This document shows, one piece after another, positions 1 through 8,618 of a stretch of DNA of 64,000 nt. A program made the translations under genes and the position numbers. The notes beneath the pieces were generated by a model. The model was given only the letters and a program-made list of their open reading frames with translations. It did no database searches and was not told the DNA's origin. Origin of the DNA: Arcticibacter sp. Lineage in GTDB: Bacteria; Bacteroidota; Bacteroidia; Sphingobacteriales; Sphingobacteriaceae. How positions within the stretch are numbered: position 1 is the first letter of the stretch; every line of letters starts with the position of its first letter. Location of the stretch: positions 88 to 64,087 of the forward strand of contig NZ_JAZQRL010000007.1 of NCBI RefSeq assembly GCF_045629565.1. Reading direction: 5' to 3'.

Positions 1-59
1 TGCATCCTCTTTTTTATTTACAGAGCTAAAACATTTAGTATTTTTACGGCAAAATAATT

Positions 60-893
60 ATGTCGGTATCAATAGCATCTCTTAATTCGGGCAGCAATGG
101 CAATTGTTACTACATCGGTGATCAGACCGGTGGGATCTTTATAGACGCTGGTATATCATGCAAGGAAACCGAGGCCCGGATGTTACGCCTGGGTATATCC
201 ATCCGTTCCATTAAAGCAATTTTCGTCTCACATGAACACACAGATCATATAAAAGGCATAGCTGTTATTTCCAGAAAATATCAGATTCCTGTTTATTTGA
301 ACCAGACGATGATTTATAACGGATGTGTAAACGTTCAAAAAGATTTGATAAGAAAATATGATGCTAACCAGCCAGTGAGGATTGGAGCACTGGAGATTAC
401 GTCATTCCCCAAACTTCACGACGCTTGCGATCCGCATAGTTTTATTGTCAGGGCTGGTACTATTACCATTGGAGTGATGACCGATATCGGCCGCGCATGT
501 GAGCAGGTTATTAAATATTTTAACATGTGCGACGCCGTTTTTTTGGAGGCTAATTACGATGATGAGATGCTCAGCAAGGGAAAATATCCGTATTACTTAA
601 AGAATCGGATCAGAAGCGGAAAAGGGCATTTGTCTAACAGGGAAGCACTTGAGTTGTTCTTAAATCACCGGGCTCCGTCTTTGAGTCACCTACTGTTATC
701 GCATTTGTCGAAAGATAACAACTGTCCTGATCTCGTTCAAAATTTGTTTAATGAGCATGCTGGAAAAACTCAGGTGATTGTTGCTTCCCGCTATAATGAG
801 TCGCAGATATTCCGGATAGGGAAGGAGCCAGGAGAGCCCGCTGCGACCAGTCCGCTAGCCGCAGTCGAAGATGCTCAATACAGCTTATTTTAA
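60..893 (+). CDS. MBL-fold metallo-hydrolase (YycJ/WalJ/PhnP-like)
   Basis: SGSNGN N-terminal motif, HEHTDH (HxHxDH) metal motif, EANYD and GHLSN motifs. Confidence 0.85.
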   Translation: MSVSIASLNSGSNGNCYYIGDQTGGIFIDAGISCKETEARMLRLGISIRSIKAIFVSHEHTDHIKGIAVISRKYQIPVYLNQTMIYNGCVNVQKDLIRKYDANQPVRIGALEITSFPKLHDACDPHSFIVRAGTITIGVMTDIGRACEQVIKYFNMCDAVFLEANYDDEMLSKGKYPYYLKNRIRSGKGHLSNREALELFLNHRAPSLSHLLLSHLSKDNNCPDLVQNLFNEHAGKTQVIVASRYNESQIFRIGKEPGEPAATSPLAAVEDAQYSLF

Positions 894-1054
894 AAGCTAT
901 ACCCTTTTAAAGGGAAAAGTTTGACGAATTTAGGTTCCAACCTTGATAAACACGGTTATATAGTCAAAGTTTTATTTTTTTTTTAATTTTAAATTAACTG
1001 TCTATCAGTCAGTTGTCTTTAAAGTGAACTTTATGTGTAAAACCTGTTAAATAT

Positions 1055-1085
1055 TTTGTGAATGTTGAGCTTATAACTATATTTG
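1055..1085 (+). promoter_or_regulatory. Bacteroidetes housekeeping promoter (-33/-7)
   Basis: TTTG (1055-1058), 19-nt spacer, TATATTTG (1078-1085); exact match to the TTTG-N19-21-TAnnTTTG consensus. Confidence 0.75.
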
Positions 1086-1088
1086 TAT

Positions 1089-1157
1089 GCCCTCTCAAAG
1101 GGCATGTTTTTCATAGGTAGATGTAGGGTCGAATACTTGTATTCGACCCTTTTTTAT
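1089..1157 (+). ncRNA. candidate small non-coding RNA (5' hairpin, single-stranded core, terminator)
   Basis: Directly downstream of a canonical promoter: ATGCCCT/AGGGCAT hairpin (1087-1105), linker GTTTTTCATAGGTAGATGT, then a 12-bp perfect terminator stem plus T-tract; no ORF. Ends are estimated. Confidence 0.5.
1125..1157 (+). terminator. intrinsic terminator
   Basis: AGGGTCGAATAC (1125-1136) / GTATTCGACCCT (1139-1150) perfect inverted repeat followed by a T-run. Confidence 0.8.
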
Positions 1158-1192
1158 TTTCAACCACAATTATACTTATTTGTTGAGTAATC

Positions 1193-1756
1193 ATGATAAA
1201 AAGAAAAGTTGTAATAGCCGTAACTGGTGCCAGTGGTGCAATTTATGCGAAAGTGTTACTTGACAAGCTAGTGGAACGGCCAGGTCAGGACCTGGAAGTA
1301 GGATTGATTATGTCCGATAACGCCTTACAGGTATGGCAGTTTGAATTGCAAAATCAGAATTATCGAAATTATCCCTTCAAAATATACTCCAAAACAGACT
1401 TTAATGCGCCGTTTGCTTCCGGATCGGCAAAATATGATACCATGATCATCTGTCCATGCTCTATGGGTACACTCGCCCGCGTTGCTTCAGGGGTATCAAA
1501 TGATCTTACTACCAGAGCCGCCGATGTGATATTGAAGGAACGCCGAAAGCTTATTCTTGTTACCCGCGACACGCCTCTGAGCTTGATACATATACAGAAT
1601 ATGAAATTGGTTACACAGGCAGGCGCGATTGTATGTCCGGCAACTCCTTCTTTTTACAGCCTGCCGAAGTCATTTGAAGAGCTTGCTGCTACGGTTGTTG
1701 ACCGGGTACTTGATCTTGCCGACCTCGAAGTTTCTTCGTTTCGATGGGGCGAGTAA
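1193..1756 (+). CDS. ubiX: flavin prenyltransferase UbiX
   Basis: VTGASGA, PFASGS, PCSMGTL, RAADVILKERRKLILV, P.FY motifs. Confidence 0.9.
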   Translation: MIKRKVVIAVTGASGAIYAKVLLDKLVERPGQDLEVGLIMSDNALQVWQFELQNQNYRNYPFKIYSKTDFNAPFASGSAKYDTMIICPCSMGTLARVASGVSNDLTTRAADVILKERRKLILVTRDTPLSLIHIQNMKLVTQAGAIVCPATPSFYSLPKSFEELAATVVDRVLDLADLEVSSFRWGE

Positions 1757-1770
1757 ATAGTAAAAATAAC

Positions 1771-1778
1771 TATCTTTG
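1771..1778 (+). promoter_or_regulatory. -7 promoter element for mtaB
   Basis: TATCTTTG 10 nt upstream of ATG 1789; supports a start at 1789 rather than 1744. Confidence 0.55.
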
Positions 1779-1788
1779 CCCCTTGATT

Positions 1789-3111
1789 ATGAGCAGAAAA
1801 GTTGCATTTTACACGCTAGGTTGTAAACTTAATTATTCTGAAACTTCAACAATAGGAAGGTTATTCAGTGAAGCGGGATTCCAGACGGTTAGTTTTACAG
1901 ACACTCCGGATGTATTCCTTATAAATACTTGTTCCGTTACCGACAACGCGGATAAGAAGTGCCGAAAAGTAGTAAAGGAGGCTCTTAAGCAGTCGCCTAA
2001 CGCATATATTGTAATCGTAGGGTGCTATGCTCAACTCAAACCCGCAGAAATAGCTGAAATTCCGGGCGTGGATCTGGTTCTTGGGGCAGCAGAAAAGTTT
2101 CGGATCATTGAGTATCTGACCGATTTAACCAAGCAGCCGAAAACGATAGTCCATAACCAGCCGATTGTCGAAGCAAATCAATTCGTGCCATCCTTTTCAT
2201 ATGGCGACCGCACCCGTACCTTTTTAAAGGTTCAGGACGGATGTGATTACTCATGCACATTTTGCACGATTCCTCTGGCAAGAGGCTCCAGCAGAAGTGA
2301 TACAATCGAAAACGTTGTTGCCCAGGCGCAGGCCATCGCTGCTTCCGGCGTGAAAGAGATTGTTTTAACAGGTGTAAATATTGGAGACTTCGGTATTCGA
2401 GAAGGCGCAAGGGAAGATAGATTTTTTGATCTGGTTCAAGCACTTGATGAAGTGGAGGGTATCGATAGGATTCGCATATCGTCTATTGAGCCTAATTTGC
2501 TTACCGAAGAAATTATTAGATTTGTAGCGAATTCCAAGCGTTTTGTGCCGCATTTTCATATTCCTTTGCAATCTGGCAGTAATAAAATACTGGGTTTAAT
2601 GCGCAGGCGTTATAAGCGGGACCTCTATCAGGAGAAAGTTGCAGCGATAAAGGCGATAATGCCCGACTGCTGCATCGGTGTTGATGTGATAGTGGGTTTT
2701 CCGGGAGAGACGAGAGAAGATTTTCTCGACACCTATAATTTTATAAATGGCTTGGATATATCCTACCTCCATGTGTTTACCTATTCAGAGCGTGAAAATA
2801 CTCCTGCTGCTGAAATGCCCGATCCGGTACCCGGATCACAAAGAGCGGATCGGAGCAAAATGCTTCACATCCTGTCTGACAAAAAAAGAAGGGCATTTTA
2901 TACAAGTCAATTGGGCAGTAATCAACTCGTGCTGTTTGAGGCTGACCAGAAAGATGGTTACATGCATGGTTTCACGTCCAATTATGTAAGGGTTAAAGTG
3001 AAGTTTGACCCCTTACTGGTGAACGAAACGAGGCTTGTTCTTTTAACTTCAGTAGCAGACGATGGCGATGTCGAAGTAGTGGAAGCAGCAGCTGAAGTAT
3101 TGATTCATTAA
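1789..3111 (+). CDS. mtaB: tRNA t6A37 methylthiotransferase MtaB (radical SAM)
   Basis: TLGCKLN, INTCSVT, radical-SAM CDYSCTFC, HIPLQSGS; start reassigned to MSRKVAF at 1789. Confidence 0.9.
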   Translation: MSRKVAFYTLGCKLNYSETSTIGRLFSEAGFQTVSFTDTPDVFLINTCSVTDNADKKCRKVVKEALKQSPNAYIVIVGCYAQLKPAEIAEIPGVDLVLGAAEKFRIIEYLTDLTKQPKTIVHNQPIVEANQFVPSFSYGDRTRTFLKVQDGCDYSCTFCTIPLARGSSRSDTIENVVAQAQAIAASGVKEIVLTGVNIGDFGIREGAREDRFFDLVQALDEVEGIDRIRISSIEPNLLTEEIIRFVANSKRFVPHFHIPLQSGSNKILGLMRRRYKRDLYQEKVAAIKAIMPDCCIGVDVIVGFPGETREDFLDTYNFINGLDISYLHVFTYSERENTPAAEMPDPVPGSQRADRSKMLHILSDKKRRAFYTSQLGSNQLVLFEADQKDGYMHGFTSNYVRVKVKFDPLLVNETRLVLLTSVADDGDVEVVEAAAEVLIH

Positions 3112-3138
3112 TTTTTATTATTCATTTCATAATCAACC

Positions 3139-4305
3139 ATGTTTCCTAACCTCTCGCATCTGATAGAGTATCTCACCGGACTGAATATTCCGCTTCCCAT
3201 CCAAACGTTTGGCTTCTTTGTAGCACTTGCCTTCGTGGCGGGCTATTGGGCGTTTAGCGAAGAATTAAAGAGAAAGGAGAAACAAGGACTGGTTCATCCT
3301 TTCAAAAGAAAGGTTACCATTGGCGAGCCTGCTTCTACTTCGGAAATGCTGATGAATGGCTTGTTTGGTTTCTTGTTAGGATATAAAATTGTTGCCGCCA
3401 TTTTTAGTTATAGCGAATTCGTCAATGATCCGCAAAGCTTTATTTTATCGGGGAGAGGCAACTTTTTCGGTGGCCTAATTGTCGGTTTAGCTTTTGCTTT
3501 CATGGCTTTTAACGATAAAAAGAAAGTTCAACTCCCAAAACCGCGGGTTGTCGAAGAAGTCGTTCATCCTTACCAGTATATGAGCACGCTGATCGTTTGG
3601 GCAGCTGTATGGGGCTTTCTCGGTGCAAAGATCTTCCACAATTTGGAGTATTTCGATGAGTTTATGCGCGACCCGATAGGTGGCCTTATTGCGTTTAGCG
3701 GACTCACCTTTTATGGTGGTTTAATTTGTGGTGGTGCCGCAGTTTTATATCTGGCTCATAAGAGGGGAATTAAGCCGGTTCATATGCTGGATGTAGGCGG
3801 ACCAGGTATGATGCTTGCCTATGCTGTCGGTCGGATGGGATGCCACATGTCGGGAGATGGTGACTGGGGTATTGAAAATTACAGCCCGAAGCCGGGATGG
3901 CTTAGCTGGGCTCCTGATTGGGTATGGTCATTTAAATTTCCCCATAATGTTATTAATGAAGGTGTACCTATTCCGGGATGTGTCGGCCGGTATTGTAATG
4001 AGCTTCCTGTAGCAGTGTACCCCACCTCATTGTATGAGTTCCTGGGCGGACTTTTACTATTTGCGGTGCTGTGGTCTCTGAGAACAAAGATAAAGCCTGC
4101 GGGAATGATGTTTTCTCTATACCTTATTTTAGCAGGTGTTGAGCGCTTTCTTATTGAGCTTATCCGGGTTAATTCTAAATATCATGTAGGGGGGCTTAGT
4201 TTTACTCAGGCCGAACTTATTTCCACCATAATGGTTTTGCTAGGAGTAGCAGGGATCATTTGGTCGCTGAATAATTACAAAAGCCAGAAAGTCCAGTCAG
4301 TATGA
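3139..4305 (+). CDS. lgt: prolipoprotein diacylglyceryl transferase
   Basis: Multi-TM; GLTFYGG, GRMGC, YPTSLYE, RFLIE.IR motifs. Confidence 0.88.
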   Translation: MFPNLSHLIEYLTGLNIPLPIQTFGFFVALAFVAGYWAFSEELKRKEKQGLVHPFKRKVTIGEPASTSEMLMNGLFGFLLGYKIVAAIFSYSEFVNDPQSFILSGRGNFFGGLIVGLAFAFMAFNDKKKVQLPKPRVVEEVVHPYQYMSTLIVWAAVWGFLGAKIFHNLEYFDEFMRDPIGGLIAFSGLTFYGGLICGGAAVLYLAHKRGIKPVHMLDVGGPGMMLAYAVGRMGCHMSGDGDWGIENYSPKPGWLSWAPDWVWSFKFPHNVINEGVPIPGCVGRYCNELPVAVYPTSLYEFLGGLLLFAVLWSLRTKIKPAGMMFSLYLILAGVERFLIELIRVNSKYHVGGLSFTQAELISTIMVLLGVAGIIWSLNNYKSQKVQSV

Positions 4306-5096
4306 ATTTAGAGCATTTAACCAATCAGGTAATAGAACTGGCAAAGTCGGCGGGTTCGTTCATCCGCGAAGAATCCTCCAGATTTGATGCTGCGAAGATT
4401 GAGTATAAGGGGCTTAACGATATGGTATCTTACGTTGACAAGGGTGCTGAAGAAATGATCGTTGCCGGCTTATCCAAATACTTACCAGCAGCAGGCTTCG
4501 TTACGGAAGAGCAGACGATTAACAAAGTTGGCGAAGTGTATAACTGGATCGTAGATCCTCTTGATGGAACCACCAACTTTATTCATGGCATACCTGCTTT
4601 CTCCGTGAGTATCGCTCTCCAAAAGAACGATGAACTGCTTATCGGGGTTATCTATGAAGTTAATCGGGATGAGTGTTTCTATGCCTGGAAGGACGGCGGA
4701 TCTTTTATGAATGGTAAGAAAATTACGGTAACGGGCAATGAAACATTTTCTGCTTCCTTACTCGCGACGGGGTTTCCTTATTATAACTTCGAAAAACTAG
4801 AAAGATACATTAACGTATTCAGGGAACTTACTCAGGTAAGCCACGGCTTAAGGCGCATAGGTTCAGCGGCGGTAGATCTCGCCTATGTAGCCTGCGGTAG
4901 GTTTGACGGATTTTTTGAATATAATCTTAACGCATACGATATTGCAGCTGGTGTCATCCTTGTTCGTGAGGCCGGAGGATTGGTAACAAACTTTTCCGGC
5001 ACGGAAGAAGTGTTTGAGGCAAGGGAGCTGATCGCAGGTAATCCCTTTATCGCTTCAGAGCTTCACCAAGTCATTAGTAAGCATTTTAGCGATTAA
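4302..5096 (+). CDS. suhB: inositol monophosphatase family (SuhB)
   Basis: [28 protein letters not shown] motifs. Confidence 0.87.
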   Translation: MNLEHLTNQVIELAKSAGSFIREESSRFDAAKIEYKGLNDMVSYVDKGAEEMIVAGLSKYLPAAGFVTEEQTINKVGEVYNWIVDPLDGTTNFIHGIPAFSVSIALQKNDELLIGVIYEVNRDECFYAWKDGGSFMNGKKITVTGNETFSASLLATGFPYYNFEKLERYINVFRELTQVSHGLRRIGSAAVDLAYVACGRFDGFFEYNLNAYDIAAGVILVREAGGLVTNFSGTEEVFEARELIAGNPFIASELHQVISKHFSD

Positions 5097-5151
5097 GCCG
5101 CCAATACTCCCGGTTTGTTGTTAGACGTGAGACTCGACTGCCGTTGGCTGA

Positions 5152-5194
5152 TAAACAGAAGCCCTTTAGTTTCTTACTAAGGGGCTTCTGTTTA
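5152..5194. terminator. bidirectional intrinsic terminator between convergent suhB and NifU-family genes
   Basis: TAAACAGAAGCCCTTTAGT / ACTAAGGGGCTTCTGTTTA inverted repeat (one G-U pair). Confidence 0.75.
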
Positions 5195-5242
5195 TAAAAG
5201 GAAATCTATATGAACTGATGGCAGATATGACCTGCGTAAACA

Positions 5243-5800
5243 TTAAAGAGCTTCGGAAACAACTTCTGTTACTTCGGGAACCATCCTTTTTAAAAGACTC
5301 TCAATACCGGCTTTCAACGTGTAGGTGGAAGACGGGCATCCACTGCAAGATCCTCTTAGCTCAACAGTCACTATACCATTTTCAAAAGATCGGTAACTGA
5401 TAGCACCGCCATCTTGCTCTACGGCAGGTCTTACGTAATCGTGAAGAATTTGCTGGATCTTAATTTCAGTTTCTGTTCCTTCAAACGCCGTGTTTTCATC
5501 TACCACTACATCTTTAACGCGCAGCTCTGCCTCGGTGGCACCTTTAACAAATTCCTTAAGTATCGGCTCTATGTCGGCCCATTCAGCATCTTCCGTTTTG
5601 GTAACAGTGACGAAATTACTTGCAAAGAAAACACCATTTACGAAATTAAACTTGTAAAGTTCTTTTGCAAAGGGAGAGGCCTCAGCACTCTCTTTCGTCG
5701 GGTAATCCACACTTCCGTTAAGCAGAAGCTTGTTCACCAGAAACTTCATGGTAGCTGGATTGGGTGTGGACTCTGTATATACGTTTATATTAATTGCCAT
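5243..5800 (-). CDS. NifU/Nfu family Fe-S carrier (NifU_N + NifU C-domain)
   Basis: TESTPNPATMKF N-domain; VRPAVEQDGG and GSCSGCPSS (CxxC); TAATTTTG -7 box at 5818-5825. Confidence 0.88.
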   Translation of the reverse strand: MAININVYTESTPNPATMKFLVNKLLLNGSVDYPTKESAEASPFAKELYKFNFVNGVFFASNFVTVTKTEDAEWADIEPILKEFVKGATEAELRVKDVVVDENTAFEGTETEIKIQQILHDYVRPAVEQDGGAISYRSFENGIVTVELRGSCSGCPSSTYTLKAGIESLLKRMVPEVTEVVSEAL

Positions 5801-5903
5801 TAGATGTATGTTTTATACAAAATTATCAAAAATATCAGCCTGCCCCTGTGTTAGCTGAGCTTTTTACGTGTAGATGACCCACAGGCGACAGGTGTGCCCT
5901 GGA

Positions 5904-7247
5904 TTATACGCCAACGTAGGTGAGTGGACTGATTTTTCTGATTTCATCCTTCACGTCTTCTGAAACGTTGAGGGTAGACACGAAAGCGGATATGGTTGAA
6001 GCGCTCACCTTCTCATTGGTCCGCGTGAGCTCCTTTAATGCCTCGTACGGATTGGGATAGCCCTCTCTCCTTAAAATGGTTTGTATGGCTTCTGCGGCCA
6101 CCGCCCAGTTCTCATTCAGATGTCCTTCAATTACGGTTCTGTTGAGGAGTAACTTTCCAAGCCCCTTTAAGGTCGACTTCACGGCTATCAGCGAGTGTGC
6201 TATCGGTACACCTACGTTTCTTAACACTGTAGAATCGGTCAGGTCTCTTTGTAGGCGGGATACCGGCAGTTTGGCAGCAAGGTGTTCAAAAAGTGCGTTC
6301 GCTATTCCCAGGTTTCCTTCAGAATTTTCAAAGTCAATCGGATTTACCTTATGTGGCATGGCTGATGAACCAACTTCTCCGGCTTTGATTTTCTGGCCGA
6401 AATAGTTCATCATGATATACATCCACATGTCGCGGTCGAGATCCAAAATAATGTTATTGATCCGCTTAAATACGTCGCAATGTGCAGCGAAGTTATCGTA
6501 ATGTTCTATTTGTGTAGTGTACTGTGAGCGATTTAAGTGGAGTTGGTTGTTAACAAAGTTATTCGCGAATTGCTTCCAGTCGATTGAAGGGTAAGCGATG
6601 TGATGTGCATTGAAATTACCCGTCGCGCCACCGAACTTCGCGGAAAATGGGATTACTTTTAACTGCTCGAGTTGAGCCTCCAGACGTTCCACAAAGACGT
6701 AGATCTCTTTACCCAGGCGGGTGGGTGAAGCAGGCTGTCCATGTGTGTGCGCCAGCATCGGGATTTCTGCCCAGTCTGAAGCCAGTCCCTTTAACTTATC
6801 GATCAGCTCGGTAATAGCAGGCAGGTAAGATTCTTCGACAGCAAGCTTTAGCGAATAGGGTATTGCCGTATTGTTGATGTCTTGAGATGTAAGTCCGAAA
6901 TGTATAAATTCCTTATATTCTTGTAAATTCAGACTGTCAAAAACTTCCTTTATGAAATATTCAACCGCCTTAACGTCATGGTTGGTAACACGTTCTATCT
7001 CCTTAACACGTAAAGCATCCTCATCCCTGAAATTAATATAGATAGACCTTAGCGCGTCAAAATGCCCGGCTGGAAAGTTTTCAAGCTGGGGAAGAGGAAT
7101 AGATGCCAGTGCGATGAAGTACTCTATTTCCACATAGACCCTGAACTTGATGAGCGCGGCCTCTGAAAAATATGCTGATAGTTCGCGGGTGGAATTTGCA
7201 TATCGCCCATCAACAGGAGATATGGCATTTAGTGAAGATAGTATCAT
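5904..7247 (-). CDS. purB: adenylosuccinate lyase
   Basis: SPVDGRY, TNHDVKAVEY, GSSAMPHKVNPIDFENSEGN signature; TAACTTTG -7 box at 7262-7269. Confidence 0.95.
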   Translation of the reverse strand: MILSSLNAISPVDGRYANSTRELSAYFSEAALIKFRVYVEIEYFIALASIPLPQLENFPAGHFDALRSIYINFRDEDALRVKEIERVTNHDVKAVEYFIKEVFDSLNLQEYKEFIHFGLTSQDINNTAIPYSLKLAVEESYLPAITELIDKLKGLASDWAEIPMLAHTHGQPASPTRLGKEIYVFVERLEAQLEQLKVIPFSAKFGGATGNFNAHHIAYPSIDWKQFANNFVNNQLHLNRSQYTTQIEHYDNFAAHCDVFKRINNIILDLDRDMWMYIMMNYFGQKIKAGEVGSSAMPHKVNPIDFENSEGNLGIANALFEHLAAKLPVSRLQRDLTDSTVLRNVGVPIAHSLIAVKSTLKGLGKLLLNRTVIEGHLNENWAVAAEAIQTILRREGYPNPYEALKELTRTNEKVSASTISAFVSTLNVSEDVKDEIRKISPLTYVGV

Positions 7248-7323
7248 TTTGTAAATTTTGCCAAAGTTAATGTTTTATGGAAGACAGGGAAAAAGTATTG
7301 TAGATTGTAAGGCAAGACAAAAA

Positions 7324-7354
7324 AAAACCTGTAACTTGATAAGCTACAGGTTTT
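7324..7354 (-). terminator. intrinsic terminator of the small-lipoprotein pair
   Basis: AAAACCTGTA...TACAGGTTTT stem; A-run on + strand gives a U-tract on - strand. Confidence 0.65.
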
Positions 7355-7397
7355 AAAACATGTCCTTCTGTAAGGAACAGAAAGTGTGTTTTGAATA

Positions 7398-7607
7398 TTA
7401 GTTCTGAATTGAATCAACAGCAGCAGAAGAAGCTGAATCGATAGTGTCAGTTTTAGCGTCAGCAGAAGCGTCGATTGAATCGATGCTAGCATCTGCAGTT
7501 GAATCGATTGAATCTGCAGTGTTGTTTTCAGTTTGAGAAGAGTTACAAGCTGATGCAGAAAGAGTAATAGCTAAAGCTAAAAAGCCGAATTTAAATAGAT
7601 TTTTCAT
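7398..7607 (-). CDS. small acidic lipoprotein A (69 aa), D-S/T-rich
   Basis: Signal peptide II MKNLFKFGFLALAITLSASA-C; paralogous to 7705-7899. Confidence 0.8.
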   Translation of the reverse strand: MKNLFKFGFLALAITLSASACNSSQTENNTADSIDSTADASIDSIDASADAKTDTIDSASSAAVDSIQN

Positions 7608-7629
7608 TTTATTTTTTAATAGTTTATTG

Positions 7630-7657
7630 TTAATACCGGTATTTCTAATAGGTAACC
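7630..7657 (-). promoter_or_regulatory. putative ECF-sigma promoter GGTTAC-N14-GGTATTAA
   Basis: Minus strand reads GGTTAC ctattagaaatacc GGTATTAA, 22 nt before lipoprotein A start. Confidence 0.6.
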
Positions 7658-7704
7658 TTGACTTGCGAAAAAAATCAAAAATATTTCTCGCTTTTTCTCA
7701 AAGA

Positions 7705-7899
7705 TTATTGAGCTACAGTTGAATCAACAACTACAGTTGAATCAAGAACAGCAGTAGTGTCAGATAGCATAGTAGTGTCAGTTGTAGCAGAATCTACCAA
7801 AGTAGAGTCAGCACCACTTTCAGTTTTAGTAGAGTTGCAAGCAGATGCTGTTAAAGTGATAGCCAATGCTAAGAAACCGAATTTTACTAGATTTTTCAT
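7705..7899 (-). CDS. small acidic lipoprotein B (64 aa), D-S/T-rich
   Basis: Start reassigned to MKNLVKFGFLALAITLTASA-C (ATG 7899) by alignment with paralog A. Confidence 0.8.
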   Translation of the reverse strand: MKNLVKFGFLALAITLTASACNSTKTESGADSTLVDSATTDTTMLSDTTAVLDSTVVVDSTVAQ

Positions 7900-7936
7900 T
7901 TTAATGTCTTTATGATTTTTTACAAACAATTTACTG

Positions 7937-7964
7937 TTAATACCAGGTCTCCCGAAAAGTAACC
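7937..7964 (-). promoter_or_regulatory. putative ECF-sigma promoter GGTTAC-N14-GGTATTAA
   Basis: Minus strand reads GGTTAC ttttcgggagacct GGTATTAA upstream of lipoprotein B. Confidence 0.6.
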
Positions 7965-8008
7965 CAAATAACTCAATATTTTTTTCTTTCTAATTTTACT
8001 TATCATTG

Positions 8009-8036
8009 GGTTACAAATTTCTTAAAAAGGTATAAA
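8009..8036 (+). promoter_or_regulatory. putative autoregulatory ECF promoter GGTTAC-N14-GGTATAAA
   Basis: Plus strand GGTTAC aaatttcttaaaaa GGTATAAA immediately upstream of the ECF sigma gene. Confidence 0.6.
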
Positions 8037-8047
8037 TAGTGAGTAGA

Positions 8048-8605
8048 ATGATAAAAAGGTCAGAGCCAGCGGATAATGAGGTGATCCTCGGAATTCTGAA
8101 TGGTTCTAAGGGCATACTGGAAGAAATATATAAAGCGTATTTTCCGATGATTTTGCAGCTTGTGGTAATGAATAACGGGAATGACGATGATGCGAAGGAT
8201 GTTTTCCAGGAATCTGTTATCGTTCTTTATGATAAAGTCAAGAAGGGTGATTTTGTGCTGAATAGTAAGCTCAAAACCTTTATCTACTCAGTATGCAGGA
8301 GGCTATGGTTAAAAAGGCTTTCGCAGAAAAGTCGTAATACGGGTAATATTACAGACTTCGAGGATGTGCTTACTGTGGAAGATGACATCGAAAGGCATGA
8401 AGAGAAAGACCGACAGTTTACCATGATGGAAGCAGCTTTAGGACGACTCGGAGAGCCTTGTAAGACGATTATTGAGGATTACTATATAAACAACAGATCT
8501 ATGCAGGAGATCTGTGAGAAATTTGGTTACACAAATGCTGATAATGCAAAGAATCAGAAATACAAATGCCTGCAACGCTTAAAGAAACTATTCTTTCAAG
8601 TATAA
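8048..8605 (+). CDS. ECF-type RNA polymerase sigma factor
   Basis: DAKDVFQE (region 2), LKTFIYSVCRRLW, region-4 SMQEICEKFGYTNADNAKNQKYKC; ATG 8048 preferred over GTG 8039 because of the promoter position. Confidence 0.9.
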   Translation: MIKRSEPADNEVILGILNGSKGILEEIYKAYFPMILQLVVMNNGNDDDAKDVFQESVIVLYDKVKKGDFVLNSKLKTFIYSVCRRLWLKRLSQKSRNTGNITDFEDVLTVEDDIERHEEKDRQFTMMEAALGRLGEPCKTIIEDYYINNRSMQEICEKFGYTNADNAKNQKYKCLQRLKKLFFQV

Positions 8606-8618
8606 AGGAGTTTAGATT

